A stretch of DNA of 63,961 nucleotides, filler included, from Platydemus manokwari (lineage: Eukaryota): NCBI GenBank assembly GCA_037951405.1. It is 6 parts of 6 records of this genome, joined end to end, with 100 filler letters (N's around TTAATTAATTAA, not from the genome) between each part and the next. Parts side by side here need not be neighbours in the genome. Positions count along the whole stretch, not along the records: positions 30,544 to 45,245 come from JBBMOY011410311.1; positions 45,346 to 55,066 come from JBBMOY011213322.1; 4 more parts are not named here. One strand, written 5' to 3'. Made by a program: the position numbers and the translations under genes. The notes under the pieces are model-generated. The model worked only from the letters and a program-made list of their open reading frames with translations, was not told the origin of the DNA and made no database searches. Positions 41,121 to 53,400 of this stretch are shown here, in pieces. Positions within the stretch are counted from its first letter, which is position 1. Each line of letters opens with the position of its first letter.

Positions 41121-42052
41121 AGTAACATACAGAACAAATAGCTCGAAACAGAACAACTTTTTATAATTAAATAGGATTAATGATGTTTCATTAAATTGAA
41201 CTCTTTCTGATTTAAGGCGGTTAATAAATTAATGAAAGCTTAATTTCTGAAATTTGTTCCGGAGTTCCAATGCCTTATATAATTTTTGCTCTTATTATAC
41301 TCTCATTTTGGCAGATTTGATAAATATTTTAATAGTGTTTCATTGTTAGTGTTTTAAAAGATAAAGTTAAGTAGAATTGTCGAAAAATAATCAACTCATT
41401 TTTGTGAAAATTCGATGGAATAATTTATCGATTTAAGAGAATACCATGTCGGAAAACTCAATTTGAAATTTCGTTTTGATAATAAAAATAGAGATGACAG
41501 AATATAAATTTCGAAGAGAAATATGAAATTAATTGGCAGTTACTTCATAGTAAATGAAATATAATAGCTCTAAAATTCTACTTATAATCAATACTTGAAA
41601 TTACACTTCGATAATACTGAGCCAATTTTTTGTATTAAAATTTAAATATCAGAACTATAGTGTTTCAAGTTTAAATTATACTTGACAAATACAAAAAGGG
41701 TTAGTTGCAGAACACACAGAAAATCAAAATTATTTTTTAATAACACAAATGTTTTCCAATTTAATCAATTGATGGATTAACTTGCATTATGTCCGCAAGT
41801 ACCCAGGTCAGATTTGTAAGGATCTGAGTAGCATGATATTATTTGGGACAGATGTAATTAAAGAATGTAAAAGTGAATCACGACTCCATGGTTATTCTTT
41901 CAATGACCTTGAAATAATAAAACAAAAGAATTCGTGATAATAAAATAATCTTATTTTCAATTAATAATACAGAGGCCAAACATTAACAAATACACACATT
42001 AAAATTAATAATAAATCAATAAAATACACAAAATATTTCTAATTTATTAAAA

Positions 42053-44173
42053 TCATTTCTTTTTATTTTTTGGTTTGACGGATTTTTTCTTTTTTTCTTC
42101 TTTTTCGATTTTCTTTGAAAAGTGTTTCGGTTTCATTTCTAGAAAACGAATAACAGAATTGATTAACAGGAAAAATATCTGCGAATAAAAAACCTTTTTT
42201 CGATTTTTTCTTTCTGACTTCCTGATCATCGTCGTCATCACTGCCATTTCCTTTCTCTTCTCCTGCTCCACGGTGGCTTCGTTTCATTATGTTTCCTTTC
42301 GCATCTCGATTGCTAAACCAATTGAATCGCTTCATTTGGGGTTCCTCAGTGTTATCGATTCGTTTCTGGGCCTTTTCCAATTCGATTTCGGCGATCTGTG
42401 ATTCTTTTTCCATTCGTTCCGTCTCAATGATTTCGTTCACTGATGCGTTCAATGAGCGAATCTTTTCCGTGTAAAACTCCAGAATTTCCGGATCGATCTT
42501 TCGCATTTTCACACCCGATTTCGAGCCTTTGCAAATCAATTTCAGCATGTTTCGCTCGTCTTCGCCGACAAGACTGATAGCTCGACCGCTCTTCGTGTTT
42601 CTCGCCGTTCGTCCGACACGATGGATGTATTGCTCGTAGCTTTTCGGCAGTGAATAATTGATAACCGTTTCGATGTTCGACACGTCCAATCCACGTGCGG
42701 CGAGATCGGTACCGACCAGAACATCGACTCGCTCATTCTCGTCTTCAGCTTTGGCGAATCGGCCAAGCGCATCCAATCGCTGGGCTTGGGTCATGTTGCT
42801 GTGCAACTCTCCGCATTTCACTCCAAGAAGTCCCAACAAGATATGGACTCTGTGGCAAAGGTTTTTCGTTGGCAGAAATACGATTGTTCGCCTGGAGAAA
42901 CCACGACAAATCAAAGCGAGAAGCATCGATTCACGGTCCTCACTGCGATGTGAGCGGACTCTAATGACTTCCTGTTGTAAATTGTCGGCGACATCATTGT
43001 TCTGATTGACAAAGATCTTGAATGGATCTTTCAGGCTCAGAGCAATTAGATCTTTAACATTTTCCGTCATCGTAGCTGAGAAAAGCATCACTTGGCGAGT
43101 GGGCGAGCAACCCTTGACGACTTCTTTAATCTGTTCAATGAAAAATTCGTCCAACATTTTATCTGCTTCGTCCAAAACTAGAAATTGGATCTTTAACAAA
43201 TCGAAATTGGGTGTGTTGTGAATAATATCGATCAGACGACCCGGTGTTGCTATGATGATGTCGGCCCCGTTACGGAGACTTGCTTCCTGGTTGCTACGAC
43301 TGAGACCACCAGACACAAGTTGTACGGATAATTTTGGACAGAATTTAATCAGTTTCTTTGTAACTTCGTAAATCTGCAAAGACAATTCCCGAGTCGGGCT
43401 CAACACAACTGCTCGAGGAATTGTATAACGGCCTTTTTGTGATGGAGATCGGATCAATTTCTCAACTATTGGGATTAAAAATGCCAATGTCTTTCCACTA
43501 CCGGTTTTGGCACAAGCACAGATGTCTTTACTCATCAAACCTACCGGGATACAGGCTTCCTGAATCGATGTCGGCTTGATAATATTATCATCGGTCAAAG
43601 CTTTTAATATTGGTTTGGAAAGTTTCATTTCCATAAAGGATGAAATATTTTCATATTGTGTAAGAATGTTTTTAAACTTGTACTTTTCTTCCTATTTTTC
43701 ATGAATTGAAAATGATTTTATAATACAATTAAGAGTTACTTCAGCAAGATTAAATGAACTTTTATTAACAATTGTAGTAATATCCCTAAGTGTATCTAAC
43801 ATAAATATTAATAATGTTACGCTTTTAAAAATATTTCTACCTTCCATATCTTTGGTCTCATCGATAATTTCACTTAACCCAATTTTAGAACGATGTTCTT
43901 CGATAAGTCTATCGACAACATGAGATCTGGAAATCTCAGCCGCATTATCTTCTATAATTGGTTTTGGTAATAGTGGTTCTGTAGTCTTTAAAATTTATTA
44001 ATGGTAAAAACTAATGTACAATTTATAGTCATATATATAAAGAATATATTAAAAAGATATATTGTAAATAATTTTCAAAAATTTATACCTCACAGGCAAA
44101 ATGAAAATCTTCAGAAAATTCCTAAAATAAATTACTTTAATTTATATTTCAAAATAATATCGATACACACCAT
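42053..44173 (-). CDS. DDX27: DEAD-box RNA helicase DDX27/Drs1 (ribosome biogenesis); exons 44173-44171, 44121-44089, 43985-43841, 43795-43740, 43691-42194, 42138-42053 (~606 aa)
   Basis: Q motif PTSIQ, DICACAKTGSGKT, PTREL, TPGRLID, DEAD, SAT, LAARGLD, YIHRVGRTAR. Five GT-AG introns (49, 103, 45, 48, 55 nt) with consistent phases. Lys-rich C-terminus. Confidence 0.9.
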
Positions 44174-44921
44174 GTGAAAAATAATAAAATTTGAATATAA
44201 ATAATTTAATATTAAAACAAACTTAGTTAAATCATAGAATTAAATTATTTAATTTTATTACATGCTTGAAATCCAAAATCTAATAATTTTCGAATAATAA
44301 ATATAACAACGACTAATTTAAATTACTTTTCGAATATTTTGATTTAAAATGCATATGCTAACATTAATTTGGTCGACCTTGAAATAAGGTTCAAATAGAT
44401 CATCAAAGGTTATAAATAGTCAACCGTTGATATCTGCATTGTTTAAAAATTAATTTAAGTAATATTCTCAATCAAACTGTTCCGGTTATTGACAGCACTA
44501 ACTTCTACAAGTACTTGAGAGTTCCATTTGCCCCTTCCAAAGCAACATACTCCAATTGATCATATCGGACTTTGAAGCAATTGGGGAATCTCGACTGCGC
44601 ACCTCTTAAAAATTTCTAGTAAGCAGCACTTTTCTATACTCAAGGGTCCCGTACAGCTTCCGAATTCATCACCTCGAAACTACTCTCCCGCAATCTGATC
44701 ATTTGTTAGTGTTTGAACTAAATAAATGATTTAGACTAAAACCCTGTGCAACATTGTATAGTAATTTTATAACAATCATACTTTGTACGCATGACAATAC
44801 GGCATAAATTTTTATTGAATTAATATTTATTAAATTAGTGTATATTTTTATATCCTAACAACTCTCAACATATTTAAGTGAAATCAGCTCTAAATAGTAT
44901 ATTATATTAGAAATTATTATT

Positions 44922-45245
44922 TGTAAATATCTAAAATAATAATGCCTTAAAATCTCCATTGATGAAAACCCATTAAATCCCCTAAATAATAAAGTAATTT
45001 ATAAAATAACAACGAGCAATATATTATCGCGCAATAACATCGACAAATAAATTGCCATCTATTATCGCGCACAATAAATACAGTCACCGAAAAAATATTC
45101 AGTCAATTAAATTTAATCAGAGAGAATATTTCTCTGTAAACTAAATTCCTGTTCTCGATAAATAAATTCTAGCGAGAAAATAACAAATACACTGGTATTA
45201 AATTATATCGCAAAGAATACCTACGAGTGATTCGTCACTGGCTAT
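44922..45245 (+). mobile_element. Partial LTR-like sequence related to 2654-3464, cut by a gap
   Basis: Starts TGTAA and shares ATTATCGCGCA, CAGAGA...TTTCTCT and AGAATA..GTGA...CTGxCTAT blocks in the same order as 2810-3055. Confidence 0.35.
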
Positions 45246-46374
45246 NNNNNNNNNNNNNNNNNNNNNNNNNNNNNNNNNNNNNNNNNNNNTTAATTAATTA
45301 ANNNNNNNNNNNNNNNNNNNNNNNNNNNNNNNNNNNNNNNNNNNNATAGTACTAATTTTTAAATTCATATATATAATTTCCCATTCTGATGATATTTAAA
45401 ATTATTCTTGATTACTGCATAGTAACTTTTTGTTATTAAAAACCACTTCGTTTTTATCTCTGTTATCAGTTCCAATGGAAATCTATTTTACGTTTCAGAA
45501 ATTTCTTTGAGTCTAAATGACCATTTAGGCTGAGATCGAACTGGTTTTATTTTCTGTTGAATTTTAATAATTTATTTGCAACATATCCATATTTTTAAAA
45601 TTTCATTATTGCTTTACTGTCACTATGGAAACACAAATTGTTTCGAGAAAACAATCACTCATTTTGTTATTTCATCAAATAAAATATGAATTAAATAAAT
45701 AAATCCGCATTATATCAAAACAGTCGAAACAAAAAAGGCAGAGAAACACATATGAATATCAGATTAGAATATCATTCTGAAGATCTGGCTAGAAACTCAA
45801 TGAAAATGATAAACTTTTATATTTTCAAAAGTATAAATTCTATAAAATTTATTCCAATAATTCATTTTATTTATCCAATCAAATTTTGGGAATGAAAAAT
45901 CGAATATGATACACAAATGAAATATATCGAGCTGAATTGATGCTTGTGTAGCATGAATGAACTCAAACTATATTTGAAATAAATACTTAAAGGTGCATCT
46001 CGGTAAATTTATTGGAAACAAATAAAATATTTCTCAAAAAATCAATGATTAACAGACGTGGCAATGAAAATGGAAAATCTTGTTTCTTAGATGGGTTTTA
46101 AAATTAAAAATAATGATTAGTTTTACATTTCTTTGTAATACATGTTTATCAAAAATGGTAAGACAATTCTTTATGTTCCAATGTATTATTAATAGTTTAT
46201 CTTCTTTTTGTTAAAATCAACATTCTTCAGATTTGACAAACTCTTTATAATATCCAGTCAACTAGATTTATTTCTTATAAGTAATCCAAATTACAAACAT
46301 TTTTGGTTAGTTTCAATCTGAACAAATGTTTCTAATGTAGTCTCATTGAAGCACTACTTTGCTGACTTGTAATG

Positions 46375-46401
46375 TATATATATATATATATATATATATA
46401 T
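46375..46401. repeat. (TA)n microsatellite
   Basis: Seen directly. Confidence 0.95.
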
Positions 46402-46679
46402 TGCGTTTCGGGCTTGTTAATTGAATTTTTTGTTTTAATCAGTCTCAATGGAATATTATTATAATTTTGCTCACGGATCACTGTTGTCTTGATCAGTCTC
46501 TGGCGAGTTCTAATCAAGCCCAAGGTACACCTTAAATCTTATGTTTGCTTCTTCTTTCACTTCGCAATCAAATCTATATGAAGATAGAAATGATTGGCAA
46601 CAATGATCCAAAAGGGGTATTTTAATCCTATCAGTCTCAATAATTTATAACTATTTGTACCTCGAATATCAATTGACAA

Positions 46680-47174
46680 TGTAACACTTCTTTACAGCTA
46701 AATGTTTATTAATGTATAAAAAACAAAATTACAATTTCCAATAGCAATATACACTGAAATTAAACGTTGGATCAACGGCTAAGCCTACAATTCCAGATGA
46801 AAGCGGTTAATACGTTCTGCTGTAGGAGTAAAACCGATTACCAAAGATAGTTTTGAGCAAAGCTCTATAATAATATAATAAACTATACATACTATACGTT
46901 CAGATAAGTTTGTTACAAAACAATCTAACTCACTACTTGACATGGCAATATGGAGTATGTTCTGTCGTCTAGCAAATCTTCTATCAATCTTCGAGGGATT
47001 CGGCTGAATAGTGAAGTTTCTGCACTATGTAATCTAGTGGTTTCGATGAAAAAATGAGCCTCGTAAATCTTCTTACACAACCTAGTGGTTTCTTAAAATG
47101 GACAAGTTCTGGTGTTTCGAACTTCTATTTATACGGTTTTTATTCGTCACACTTAAATGCTTAAAATCGTAACA
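46680..47174 (-). mobile_element. Candidate 3' LTR of the adjacent Gypsy element, or an independent solo LTR
   Basis: On the minus strand TGTTAC...GTTACA ends, TATAAATAG near 47124-47132 and AATAAA near the end. Boundaries and TSD not confirmed. Confidence 0.4.
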
Positions 47175-47699
47175 TAATATTTTAATTCCCCGTGGATTTC
47201 CCGAATACTAGCTATTATTTTTCTTTAATTATAGAATTTTATTGCCAAGGATATTGAAAATTCATTATCAATCACATTTAAACTCTTTCCCCTTTAATAT
47301 TATTTATAACTTCCCTTTTTACTGCCATTTCAAGTAAAACTTTATATAAATTATCAATATATTATTTTTATAATAATTAATATTTTCATTAAATATTAAC
47401 CCTTCATCTGGAATTCATGAAATTGATACAATTGACAGCATGACAAAAGTATCGAAAAATGATTAATACATCGCCTTATCATTCGGTCGATGTTACTTAA
47501 AATACATTGATACATTTCAGTGTATCAAACCTGACTTTTTAACCGTTTCCATAAAAATTGTTACATAATTTTCATTACATTTCATTTTCATTACATAAAT
47601 GTATTATTACTATAACTTTTTCATAGAAACTTGATTCCTGTTTCCGTTTTTCGTAACCATTTTCGAATGGAACCAAGACAATATCTTTTTGTTGAATCT

Positions 47700-50460
47700 T
47701 CCTTAGTTCGTCATTATTTGTCATTGAATGTTCGACAACTCTAATTAATCGACTTTTTGACTTTCCTACTTTAGCATCTTAGTGCTGCTTTAAGCACTGT
47801 GAGCAAAATGCTTCGCCTATCCTTGAAAGTCCATTCGCATTTCCATGATCTGATTCCTTCAGATATTGAAGTTCGAAATTAAATCCTGATAAATTTACAA
47901 ACCATGTTTGAAACTGAGAGCTAATCGGTTTGTTAGTTTTCTTTATGTATGTCAAGGCTTTGTTATCGGTGCGAGTCACAAATTTCTTTCCCAACAAATA
48001 ATGTTTAAAATGTATAGTGAAGTCACGAATTGCTAAAAACTCCGTCCTCGTGAAGCAATAACCTTTTAAGTTTACAAAACTTTTCTCACACTCCAAATTC
48101 TTGTCACCTCCAGTCATCATTGCATATAACGGAGCCGTAATTAATGCGTAATCCTTGATAAATCTTCTGTAATAATTGCATAACCCTAGGAACGACCTCA
48201 ACTGAGTGATGCAACCGGGTTTCATTGCCTCCCTAATTTTCTTTACTTTGTCGTCATTAGTTTCTATACCTTTTGCACTAACCAAATGATCCAGGAAATT
48301 CAATTTCCTAGTGCAAAAAGCACATTTTCCTGGATTGATTTTCAAACCTTATGATTTAATTAATCTGAATACTTTGAACATTTTCTCATTGTGTTCCTCT
48401 ACTGTTCTTCCATACTTTAAAATATCGTCCAGATAAACAAGAACGCCTTTGTAAATCAAATCCTTGAATTCATTAGACTCTGAAACGTTGCTGGAGTAGT
48501 ACATAATTCATAAGGTAGTCTGTTAAAACAGAACTGCCCAGTTCGAATACTGAACGTTGTTTTCAACTTAGAATCTTCCTCAAGTTCGACCTGATAATAT
48601 GCTTGTCCTAAATCTATCGTGGAGAAAAATATCGCTCCATACACTGAGTCCAACCGGAAAAGAAAACTTCACGGTCTGTTTGTTTAATTTTCTGGTGTCT
48701 AAACACATCCTGATCGATCCATCTTTCATAGGAATCACCACCAAAGGCATTACTTTTGAGAAGATTTTCTTGAACTTTGGTTTCTTAATTTATTGGCTGT
48801 CTTCTGGGGTTTTGCGTAATGGGTTCCATTTTTATACGGATTCCGTGCCTCACTATATCTGTTAGTCCCAAATCAAACCTAAAAGCCATAAAAATTGAGC
48901 CATTTTCTTTTATACACCTATTCAATGAAATATCGTTCTTATCAGCAATGCTCTTCAGTGTCATTTCGATTCTGTTTTGGTCGCCTTAATTCTTTCCCAC
49001 GTTCATGCCATCAATTGATTTTTTCCTTGCAAGGAATATTCCACAAGTCTTTATCATATCAACTCCTCCGATAAATCCTGGTGAACTTTCTTTTACTACG
49101 ATGATCTCCTTTACTAGAATTTTGTTGTTCCAAACTAATGAGATCCTTTTTCCCCAAAACACGATTTATGTATTGTATAAAATTATGTATTGGAGAATAC
49201 ACCAGTTTATTACTGTTATTGAGGCACCAGAATCCCATTACATTTCAATATGTGTACCATTGCACTCAATTTTACTCCAATGCCTATCATCTGCTTTCTG
49301 ATACATTGGTGAATGCTTCCTCTTTTTCTTGCCGTCTTTCTTCTTTATTTCTATTCTATCTCTAGCTAATATGTGTCCAATTGACTCAACCTCACTAACG
49401 AGATAGGAACAGGAGGTTGATTCCAGTTTTTTGTGTTCCATGGAGAGCGAGCCAACACAATCACCTGCTTCACTTTTCGTTTGAATATCGGCTTTATCTT
49501 CTTCATCATGGATGCACAGTATTCTTCTCAAACTATTGTAACTAGGCTTTCTGGCTTAATGACATTCTCTGAACGAATGTCCTTCTTTTCCGCATATTAA
49601 GCATTTATTCCGCAATGGACATTCAAAATATCGATATCCAAGCTCACCACAGCAAAAACACGCTCCTAGTTTTAAATAATCACCACGTGATGTAGGTTTT
49701 ATTCTACAATCGTTGTAAAATTAAGAAGCAATAGCTTTCATTGATATTGTTGGTCTCGTATGACATTCGATGACATTCCTTAACTCCAAAATCTTTTCCT
49801 GCACGACTTGACTTTTTAAACGAAGTCTTCTTCTGAAAGGTCTTCCTTGGGTCACCTTGAAGTACTGATTAAGCATATGTTTTTTGATTCCTTTTTTCAG
49901 CTTCGTCAGAGTTAACTTCTCTAAATTGATAGCCAGCTCTTTTCTTCTATCGTCGGACATTGCAAGGTCGAGAGTAAAAGACTCTTTCAATTTCTTGCTA
50001 TTTGGATATTGCAGAATAAATAATCTTGAAATTTCTTCAAGAGTGTTTTTCTTGTCAAACTACCTTCTTTACCCGAAATTCAAAACTGCGATACTTTTCA
50101 TCCGGTCTTTGTTGCATTTCTGCCAAATCCTGAACTTTGTCGTACACTGTTTTGGCATGTGAAAATGTTTCTAAAATCAATTTTTTCAATCTCTTCATTT
50201 GAAACAGCTTCCTGAATTAAATTTTTGCCACAGTTGTTTGGCATCATCTTGTAACAGCATATCAAATGCAAAGGATAGTTCCATTTGATTAAATGTCGCG
50301 AAATCTTTGGTTGTTTGGAATCATTTCTCAGCATTTTGAAGTGATGAATCGAAGAATGTCAGTTTCGGAGTTAATAACTCCTGACTTCTTTGTGGCAGAT
50401 TCGCAAAAGTTTTAGGCCTCTCTTCTCTATTCAGAGCGTTAATTTCGGCGTGGTCGCCAG
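47700..50460 (-). mobile_element. Decayed Ty3/Gypsy LTR retrotransposon internal region: gag (two CCHC knuckles), protease, RT, RNase H; integrase not seen
   Basis: CFCCGELGY..EC and CLICGKEGHSFREC (~49560-49665), DSGAS protease (~49215-49235), IDLGQAYYQV and VYLDDI (48421-48441), LRSFLGLCNYYRRFI, YLLGKKFVTRTD, HGNANGLSR. Confidence 0.92.
50449..50459 (-). promoter_or_regulatory. Primer binding site TGGCGACCACG (tRNA-Arg-like) of the Gypsy element
   Basis: TGG-initiated GC-rich motif just upstream of gag, complementary to a tRNA 3' end ...CGUGGUCGCCA. Confidence 0.7.
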
Positions 50461-53400
50461 TAAAAACATAACTCGTTTTCATTAATGTTTCATTTTATTT
50501 AAAAAATCGCATGCGTTTGATTTTTAATATTAAAAAAATCTCATTTTACTAAATATAGTAACCACAGAAATAATGGGATAAAATAGTATTGATGCATTCT
50601 AATAATAGAATATAAAATATAAAGCAAAGGAAATAAATAATTAAATAATGGTGTATAAAAACAAGGCCAAAATAAAATCGCAGTTTACAAAATCTAACTA
50701 TTGATTCAAACAGTCATTCATCAACCACGCTGATTTGGAAATCCGAAGCAGACAAGGTATTGTTTTTATAAATCCACTGCAGAATTATATTATCACATAA
50801 CTATCGTTTATTACAAAATCCAACATCAGGAAAATTTATTGATAAAATTGATTATTTTAAAAGGACCAGATAATCTTTACTTTTGTTTGTCGTAAATTAT
50901 TCTTTCAAAATAACTTCGTGTTATTAAAATTAATTTGCATTGCAGAAACTTCAGATTGAAGTATAAATAATTTCTAAACTCAGCATTAAACAGAACCCAT
51001 AATTTTCATGGTTACGGTGCCATTAGTCCTAGTAATAAAACATTAATCAACATGGGCTCTAACGTGTGTAGCCATAGCAGAAAATTCCAAAATTATCTGG
51101 TTATCTCACAATAGAACCGAAACAATAGCAATTTTAATTATTCGACAACTTATTTTTCTGCCTGATTATATTTGCCTGAGGAATTATTCTATAATCATTA
51201 TTAATTATATCATTATAGTATTGTTGCGAGATATTAACTCTTTGATTCCTGTAATTATTTTATCGGCGGTAATTATAATTATATCTTATTGATCAAATTA
51301 TTTATTCTATTGATTTTTTAAATTATTGGTTTATACTGAACTTTTTATATGATTGGTTCATAACTAAATGGAGTCAGGAATATCTAATAATATTATTCAT
51401 AAAAATATTTATTAAGTACGGGGTAAATCAAATATATTGATTGATTTTCGTCAATATGACGTCCTAATGACATGCAATCGTGATTATTTTAGGTGTTGTT
51501 TTCTGATAATTTGTTGTACTCTTCATCTTCTGTTTCTTCTTTCGTTTATTCAATCAATAATTTTTCTTTCACTAACCACTTCAAGATGCGGTAGTTTAAA
51601 CAAAGTCAGGCCACACAAATATTGATCCACATGATTTATTATTTTTGATTACTTGTGTCAAAATATGTTTCATCTGTAGACAAGATGAGTGAGTCTGGTG
51701 GCATAAAACCCCGATAGAAATTTTATTAACTTTAATCGATATAACTTTTTCACTACCGATTTAGTTTAAATTATTAATTTTTAATAAAAATTCTTCTTAA
51801 AGATTTTGATAAAAATATAAAACGTATAAAAAGCAATACAAGAAGTAAATACAGATTAAAAAATTTATTTCATCAAAATAGCCAGAAAAAAGAAAAAAAT
51901 TAATAAGATTAAAATGAATGAAACAATCTACAAAAAAGATGAAATATTTAAGATATCTGTGAGATCGAATTTATTAAAATGATAAACAACATTTGTCTTT
52001 TTTTCATTTTCATATTTTAAATTTATAAAAGAGCATTAAAAGACATCCGTAATGGTGAGATGCTAACTTTTTTAAATGAATTTTAAACCAATTTGAGTTC
52101 ATTTAAGAATATTTGGTACAGTGATTGTTCTTTTTGGTTTTTTTCTTTTTTAACTTATCATATTTTCAAATCAATTAATTCATGATGACATCTGGGTTCA
52201 TCCACTTATACATAGCTTCAGTGGATTCATCATTAATACTATGGTGAAGGTGACTTTCTTTTTAGTTATTAATTATTTTCATGTTCTTCTCACACTTTTT
52301 ACTTGAGATCTTTTATAAATCTGTGTGCTGACTTAAGTAAAATTTGCATGATACGACAATGGTTATTAATCAATCGATAATTTTTTATTTTTTTATATTT
52401 AGGTTTCATCATCTATGTGTTTTCGTAGTTTACCATATATTTCCGTTTCTTAATACGTCTGGATATGGCACAAACATGATTTTCTTTTCACTTAATTTGA
52501 AATTGATTACTTGTGATGATTTTAGGTTTCTGACTCATGTGACTCCTTTTATGTGTCCAAATAACAATTCTCTTATCATTGGTTTCCATGGCTGCCTAAA
52601 ATGTTACATTATGATGGAATTAAGGGAATTCTCGAACTAAATAGTATCAAAATTCAAAGATTTAACTTGGGAAGCAATTATTTGATTCATATGTAATTTT
52701 TCTATCCTAAAATTTGTCGCGACGAGGAATTAATAACAAAAAATCAAAAAAATGCGTTGTAAAATTTCTTAAGCCAGCTTGGCAACTATCAAGTAGCTGT
52801 TCTTGGCATTACACAAGGAATACTTGAGACCAGCTTTGTTAATGTAATATAAAAGAAGAGAAATAGAGTAAATATTAAGGAGCATATTTTGACCTTGGTC
52901 TCACTTATTCCTAGTGTTTAATCTAAATAAACCTGTGTCGATTCACTAAGTTTAATGCTCTGAATGAAACATCAGTCAATTTAGACAAGAAGAAATTGTC
53001 ATAAATAACCTTTCGAATCAGTTATTTGTCCGGTGTTGGCATGGGGATATAAATTCTTGTTTTATTCTAAAATGCACAGCTAATTACATCATTTTTTGAT
53101 AAAAATTAATATTCTTAAATGAATCGATCAGTTCTCTACTGCTTACATCTCATTACTTTCTGAAAATGGTCTGAAAAGGTCCGTCAGCCATTTATAAGAT
53201 TTGTCAATTCGTAGTTGTATGCGATTTAGTACTTAACACGGTTAATAAAACAAATTTTTTGGATTACCATATTCAGTTCTTTACATATAAAAAGGCAAGT
53301 AAAAAGACCATTTGCATTTCTATATCCAGTCTCATTTCGATAGTGAAATTCGAAATATATTTACGAATAGAAATATAGATTAACCATGTTTGAAACTAAG

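Noticed and set aside
42063-42193. C-terminal GFLFADIFPV... extension of the 523-aa ORF
   Set aside because: Read-through of a 55-nt intron. The spliced form ends in the Lys-rich frame at 42053.
42289-43221. Several antisense or alternative-frame ORFs
   Set aside because: Shadows of the GC-richer DDX27 exon.
44478-44860. TGTT...AACA-bounded GC-richer segment as a solo LTR
   Set aside because: No TSD and no second copy in the window.
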